Below are positions 58,876-64,000 of a stretch of DNA of 64,000 nt, in pieces. Positions within the stretch are counted from its first letter, which is position 1. Each line of letters starts with the position of its first letter. A model generated the notes under the pieces. The model did not search any database and was not told the origin of the DNA. It was given only the letters and a program-made list of their open reading frames with translations. The position numbers and the translations under genes are program-made. This DNA is from Podarcis liolepis (taxonomy: Eukaryota): NCBI GenBank assembly GCA_965112155.1, contig OZ218100.1, one strand, 5' to 3'.

Positions 58876-60552
58876 GCGCTAGGAGGCAAAGAATGAGCTG
58901 TGCATATTTTATATAAACCCAACCAATCAGAGGTTGGAGGAGGCAAACGTGGTGGCCATTCTCATTTTTTTATGATTTCTTTTCTTATTGACTACAAAAG
59001 ATGATATTCATTGGCATTCCTGAAAAAGGCATTTCCTTTACAGTTCTTTGGATAACAACTTCATCTCTAGAACAGCAGAGACCCTGCAGCTCGGAACTCA
59101 AAATGAAAAGCCCGTATAACCGATGCTGTTCACAGATACTGCATTGTTATGAAATTAGATCTACATTTTGTTTGGGGTAAACATGAAATAATCTACCATA
59201 CAGTTCTTCTTTTATTTTAGTATTAATAAAAACAAGGGCTCAAACACTGAACTGCGACAGCTGATTTCCTGATAAAACCTTTGTGGTGTTTCGTTGGAAT
59301 GAAAATGTCCTATCTATAGACATTCAGCAAAGATATTGGTATATTTATCAGGGAACACCATCTCAAAACACTGGCTTATTGGCTGATCGTGCCAATATTC
59401 AGAAGAAGAGACATGAGAGCTGAGGAGTCCTGATGAAGTGGTATGTATCAGTTCTGACTGGGGCTTCCCCATTCACCTCTGTCTCAGGGAATTCTCCATT
59501 TCCCCATTGTGTTCTGCTTGCCAGAGACTGAAATGAATGGGCAAGTGTCTACTGACATAGTGGCATGTGTGAATTGAAGTCTCATGAAGCTTTGGACAGA
59601 ATAGTAGCTTTTGAGTGACTCTTCACACTTGGGGCCAAACCTGTCACTGCTTCAATGTGCCTTTGCATCTAATGTGCATGTTTTAAAAACAGTTATGAAG
59701 CACCCATGGAGGGAGGGCAGGCTGATAACTATCTGGATTGCAGCATCAAAACAGCAGGGATTTAAGCCCTTCCTGCCCCACTGACATCTTGAGGAATTTT
59801 TCTGCTGCTACTTGTATTATAGGATGGAATCCCCCCCCCCATTAGCATCTTATATGCTTGCTACTTGCATTTTCTTAAAGCACATTAAATGCAAAGCCAC
59901 ATTTAATATTGCACCTAGTTTGCCCTCAGGCATTTAGGTATCTAAAGCAGCCAGGTATGTAGTATATTAGTAGAAGGGCAAGTTAGTTAGCCATTGCCTG
60001 GCAAGGAGACTGGATGGTTATCCCATCTGATCCACAAACCAGGAGAATGCAGGGCTGTGGTGATATATCCCAGCTTGAATAGCCTGCACATCTTGAATTG
60101 GATGAGATGTGTCATAGAATGTGTCGTAGATAAAGAAAGAAAAATACACTTGGGAACAGCAATTGCTGGAAAATATAAGCAAACTAGCTTCCCACCATTT
60201 CGGGAGACAGGGGATATACTGACATTTCTATCTCCTTTGCAATTATGACTCTGCTTGGTGAATGTTCCTATGCTGTTCATTCAATACTGCATCAATTTGC
60301 TGAATAGTTTATTTAGGAACAAATTAATTGCATCAGAGATGGTTCCCAACAACTCCCGCTGAATGTCAGGCCGTGTAATTTTCTATCACAACTTAAAATA
60401 TTAAAAGTGACCTCAGTTTACTTATAGTGAAAAGGATTGATTTTCTTTTTAGGTTAGAAAAAAAATTGCAAAACACAGAAATAATTATGTGTATTTTCCT
60501 GAAAATCCGAGACACATCATGTGACCGTCTGTGACTGAATTGCTTGGGGATA

Positions 60553-60818
60553 TCTGAAAAATGTATGTGATGTACAAACAACGCTAGTGGGGTTTCAAGA
60601 GGCACTGTAAAAGTTGAGATGTATTGTTAAAAGAAATAGAAGAGGGAGGGAAGACAAATGGCAATACGAATGAAGGGAATGTGTACTGAAGAGATAAATA
60701 CGGATGATTGCCAGAGAAGCTGAAGGAAGTCCAAAAAGAGATAATTTGTTAAAATTTGGATAAAAATGTACAACTATATTGGAAAATTAATAAAAAAATT
60801 ATTATTATTTTAAAAAAA
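60553..60818 (+). mobile_element. 5'-truncated L1-type 3' UTR insertion
   Basis: Perfect 16-bp TSD gaattgcttggggata (60537-60552, 60819-60834); AATAAA and an A-rich tail. Confidence 0.85.
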
Positions 60819-61486
60819 GAATTGCTTGGGGATAGGACGGGATGGATGGGAGTACAATGACCTGAATTGTGCTTTTCTTATTGCACTTAGGTTGTGGGAC
60901 TCTCTCTCTCTTTTTCTCCCTAGAAAGGTTCTTTTGGCTATCTCCAGGTGAGCAACTTACAGCAGTGCAATCCTGCACTGACAACTGAGGAGCGTGATGG
61001 AATGCCGGGGGGAGTCAGAGGGAGGGACAGGTGTAGAGTGTCTGTTGAGAATTTCATTTAAAAGAGAGAGATGGGCAGTGCAGGGAGAGAGGAAGAAAAG
61101 GATTTTAAAAATAAAATAACTATAAAAAGAGGAGTTGGGTATGGTACGCCAAGAGAGGTTATTAAAGCTATTTCTTACTCTTTGTCAATTGGCTCTTTGT
61201 TCTGATGTTGTTTTCTATAAATTAAAAAAAAGTTTAATGTTATTAAATTAATGAAGGTGTTCTGGATCAATTCTTGAAATGAACCCATGACCCCTTGTGT
61301 TGATATACACATTTGATTATAAAGAGAGAAAGTCCTATGCTCTCTGGAACTTGGTAGGTGCTGATATCAGATTATTGAGCATTGTTCATGGAAATCTGGG
61401 CTCAGTGGAACAGATGAGTGACCAACCTGGTGTCCTCCATGGTCTTTTGGGGTGGTCCTGAAATGCCACACTTATATGTGTCCACT

Positions 61487-61966
61487 CAGAATCACAGAAT
61501 CACAGAATGGTAGAGTTCGAAGGGGCCCTATGAGTTATCTAGTCCAACCCCCTGCAATGCAGGAATCTTAACTAGAACATACATAACAGATGATCATCTA
61601 ACCTCTGCTTAAAAACCTCCAAGGAAGGAGATTCCACCACCTCTCATAGGAGTCTGTTCCACTGTCAAACAGCTCTTACTGTCAGGAAGTTGTTTCTGAT
61701 GTTTAGTCAGAAACTCCTTTCTTGTAACTTGAATCCATTGGTTCAGGTCCTACCCACTGGAGCAGGAGAAAGCAAGCTGTCTCCATATTCCATGTGACAG
61801 ACCTTTAGATATTTGAAGATTGCTATTATATCTCATCTCAGTCTCCTCTTTTCCAGGCTTAACATACCCAACTCCCTTAACCATTCCTCATAAGGCTTGG
61901 TTTCCAGCCCTTGATCATCTTGGTCTTGACCTCCTCTGCACATGTTCCAGCTTGTCAATATCCTTC
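61487..61966 (-). mobile_element. CR1 LINE 3' fragment
   Basis: (ATTCTGTG)n-type terminal repeat; peptide GLETKPYEEWLRELGMLSLEKRRLR matches the CR1 ORF2 C-terminus. Confidence 0.93.
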
Positions 61967-62369
61967 TCTGTCTGAAAAAGCCTCTTTCTGAAATCCTGGA
62001 AAGCTGCCACTTGCCCTGGTCAGTGGATGGATGTTTAGTTTGCTGCTGTCCTTGCATGTCAACTTTCCCAACCTGATGCCCTCCAGACATTGCTGGAGAA
62101 GATTGCTCATCCACCACCCCTCTGTTGGTGCTTAAGGCAGCAAAGACTTTAGTAAGCCATCTGAACCGTCTTCTCTGAACCTTCCAAATGAGATATTAAC
62201 CTCTATTTGCTTTGCCATTTTGCCTACCACCCTTCTCCAGAAATGACCTCCTTCTCGTCTAAACCTGGCTAAGAACATTGCTCTATTCCAAGACTCACAA
62301 ATTTCCAGGAGGGAGAAATTCTCCAGCAGTCTCTCCTAATCTGAATTTGCTTGCAGGAATTTGGCATTG

Positions 62370-62510
62370 GGGAAGGACCATAGGTCAGCGGTGGAGTATC
62401 TGCTTTGCATGCAGAAGCCCTCAGGTTCAATCTCTGATGGCATGTCCAGGTAAGGTTGGGAGAGAGCCCTGTGTCTGAAATCCTGGGGACGTGCTGCCAG
62501 TCAGGGCAAA
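62370..62510 (+). mobile_element. Old tRNA-derived SINE head
   Basis: taggtcagcggtggag A box, tttgcatgcagaag anticodon-like arm, ggttcaatct B box, followed by a SINE body. Confidence 0.65.
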
Positions 62511-63563
62511 CAATCATGAGTGGTCTCACTCAGCCAGTTTAAGACATTAAGAATTATAATGAAAGCAATAGCTCTTGTAGTTGCTGTTTGGGGATTTAAA
62601 TTGGTGAGCCTCCTTGGAAACAATTTTGATGCAAGAGACAGGACGAACACATTTTAATAGCCAAAACTATAACAATTATCCACACAAAATTCTGCAAAAT
62701 CCCACGGTACAGTTCTTCCAGAAAACATGTAAAATCACTGCAGATTTCAGGCAGAGAAATGTTTGCACCCTTTGCTGATCATGTTTTCAGAAATTCTGCC
62801 ATTCTTGCTGCAGAACTGGGGTTACCTTTGCGCAAAACTTTCTTCAGCTCAAAGGCGACCAAGGGCTGAGCCAGGCAGGATGCCAGGCATCCTATTGACC
62901 CTCAAAGGCTTAGTCCCAAGCAAGAGCATAGTAAGGGCTGTAGCCTCTCCCAATGCTGGAGAGAACATGTGTGGCCCCATCATTCACAGGAACTTGTGTC
63001 CTCAGCTGCATCGGAGGATTATTATTAAAAGCTCTCAGTGACAGGAAAAGTGTTGTGTTCTCAAAGCACTGCTGTTATCTAGCATACTCCCAAGCAGATA
63101 CTACTAAATGAAAGGCAGGAAGATATTATTTTTTTAAGTTTATATAAAATTTAATCTTGACAGGAAGGAAAGTGAAACATTTGGTATTCCTCTGTGATGA
63201 GAACTTGTTTGGAATCCAAAAGTAGCTTGTAATTGGTTTTTGAACGTTGCTTTCTTATTCAGGCCACTCCATTTTCCTCCCATCTCCTTTCCTTTCCCCT
63301 CTCAGTGACCTTCTGTCGTCTTGCATCCATTTTCAACCATCTCTGGGAATCTTCAAAGGTTTGAGCCTGGCAGTGCTGGAGCTGTTAATACAGAGACTGT
63401 GTCCTCAATTTATCAAGCGAGCAGAGCTTTGTAGCTCAGGGATAAAAATGTTTCGCTTGACTTTACTTCAACACCAACTACAATAAGGGAGCCCTACCAG
63501 CATAAATCTGAGCAGCTTGTTCAGTAAAAGCTGCAGCCACTGCCCTGTTCTATTACTCTAAGC

Positions 63564-63702
63564 CAGCCTCCTCCAACCTGGTGCTTTCCGGATGTCGCTG
63601 TGCTCCCAGCTCCTATAAGGCCAAGCCAACATGGCCTATGGTCAGGGATGATAGAAGTTGTAGTCCAACAACATCAGGAGGTTTCAGAGTTGGGAAAGGC
63701 TG
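63564..63702. mobile_element. hAT-type palindromic MITE
   Basis: cagcc...ggctg ends; TSD ctctaagc/ctctgagg. Confidence 0.75.
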
Positions 63703-63932
63703 CTCTGAGGATTGCAGAGTGAATAGGCTTTAAGTCTGTAAGTGTAGATTTATTTTTAAGGGTCTGTGTGAAAGGGGAAGAGAGTCAGAAGTAAACTTGG
63801 GGAAGTATCCAAAGATGAAGAACTGTGCAAGACAGCACCAAAACAATTTTCTTCCAGGCTTTTGTGAGTGGTTCCTTTTGGCGATGCTTAAGAATTGCAA
63901 GCACCAGCTTCTTTTGTATGTCTGTAATGAAT

Positions 63933-63965
63933 GGGACGCGAGTGGCGCTGTGGGTTAAACCACAG
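63933..63965 (+). mobile_element. Sauria SINE 5' head only
   Basis: gggacgcgagtggcgctgtgggttaaaccacag, after which homology stops abruptly. Confidence 0.8.
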
Positions 63966-64000
63966 TTTTAGAAAGAGGATTTCTATATTTTGAGTCAATT

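Overview
Vertebrate genomic DNA, most likely a squamate (probably a lacertid lizard), judged from Sauria SINEs, Squam3-type tRNA SINEs, BovB, CR1, L1 and reptile hAT/Tigger MITEs. I cannot recognise any host protein-coding exon, so the window looks intergenic or deep intronic and is dominated by transposable elements. The only convincing protein-coding sequence is a young Ty3/Gypsy (Tf1/sushi-like) LTR retrotransposon on the minus strand (<1..3079; 5' LTR, gag, -1-frame pol running off the window). Highlights read directly from the sequence: (i) no tRNA primer site, but a Tf1-style self-priming layout (11-nt 5'-end/PBS complement plus a U5-leader stem); (ii) an H-type pseudoknot at the gag-pol overlap; (iii) a locally templated insertion replacing the RT catalytic DD; (iv) acidic-then-basic reading frames in the U3 of three unrelated Gypsy LTRs; (v) a ~125-bp Penelope-type unit carrying a minimal hammerhead ribozyme, inserted once as a monomer and once as a perfect 95-bp-arm palindrome, each with a 13-14 bp target-site duplication (TSD). 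Family names come from recall of consensus motifs, not from database searches, and boundaries of old repeats are approximate.
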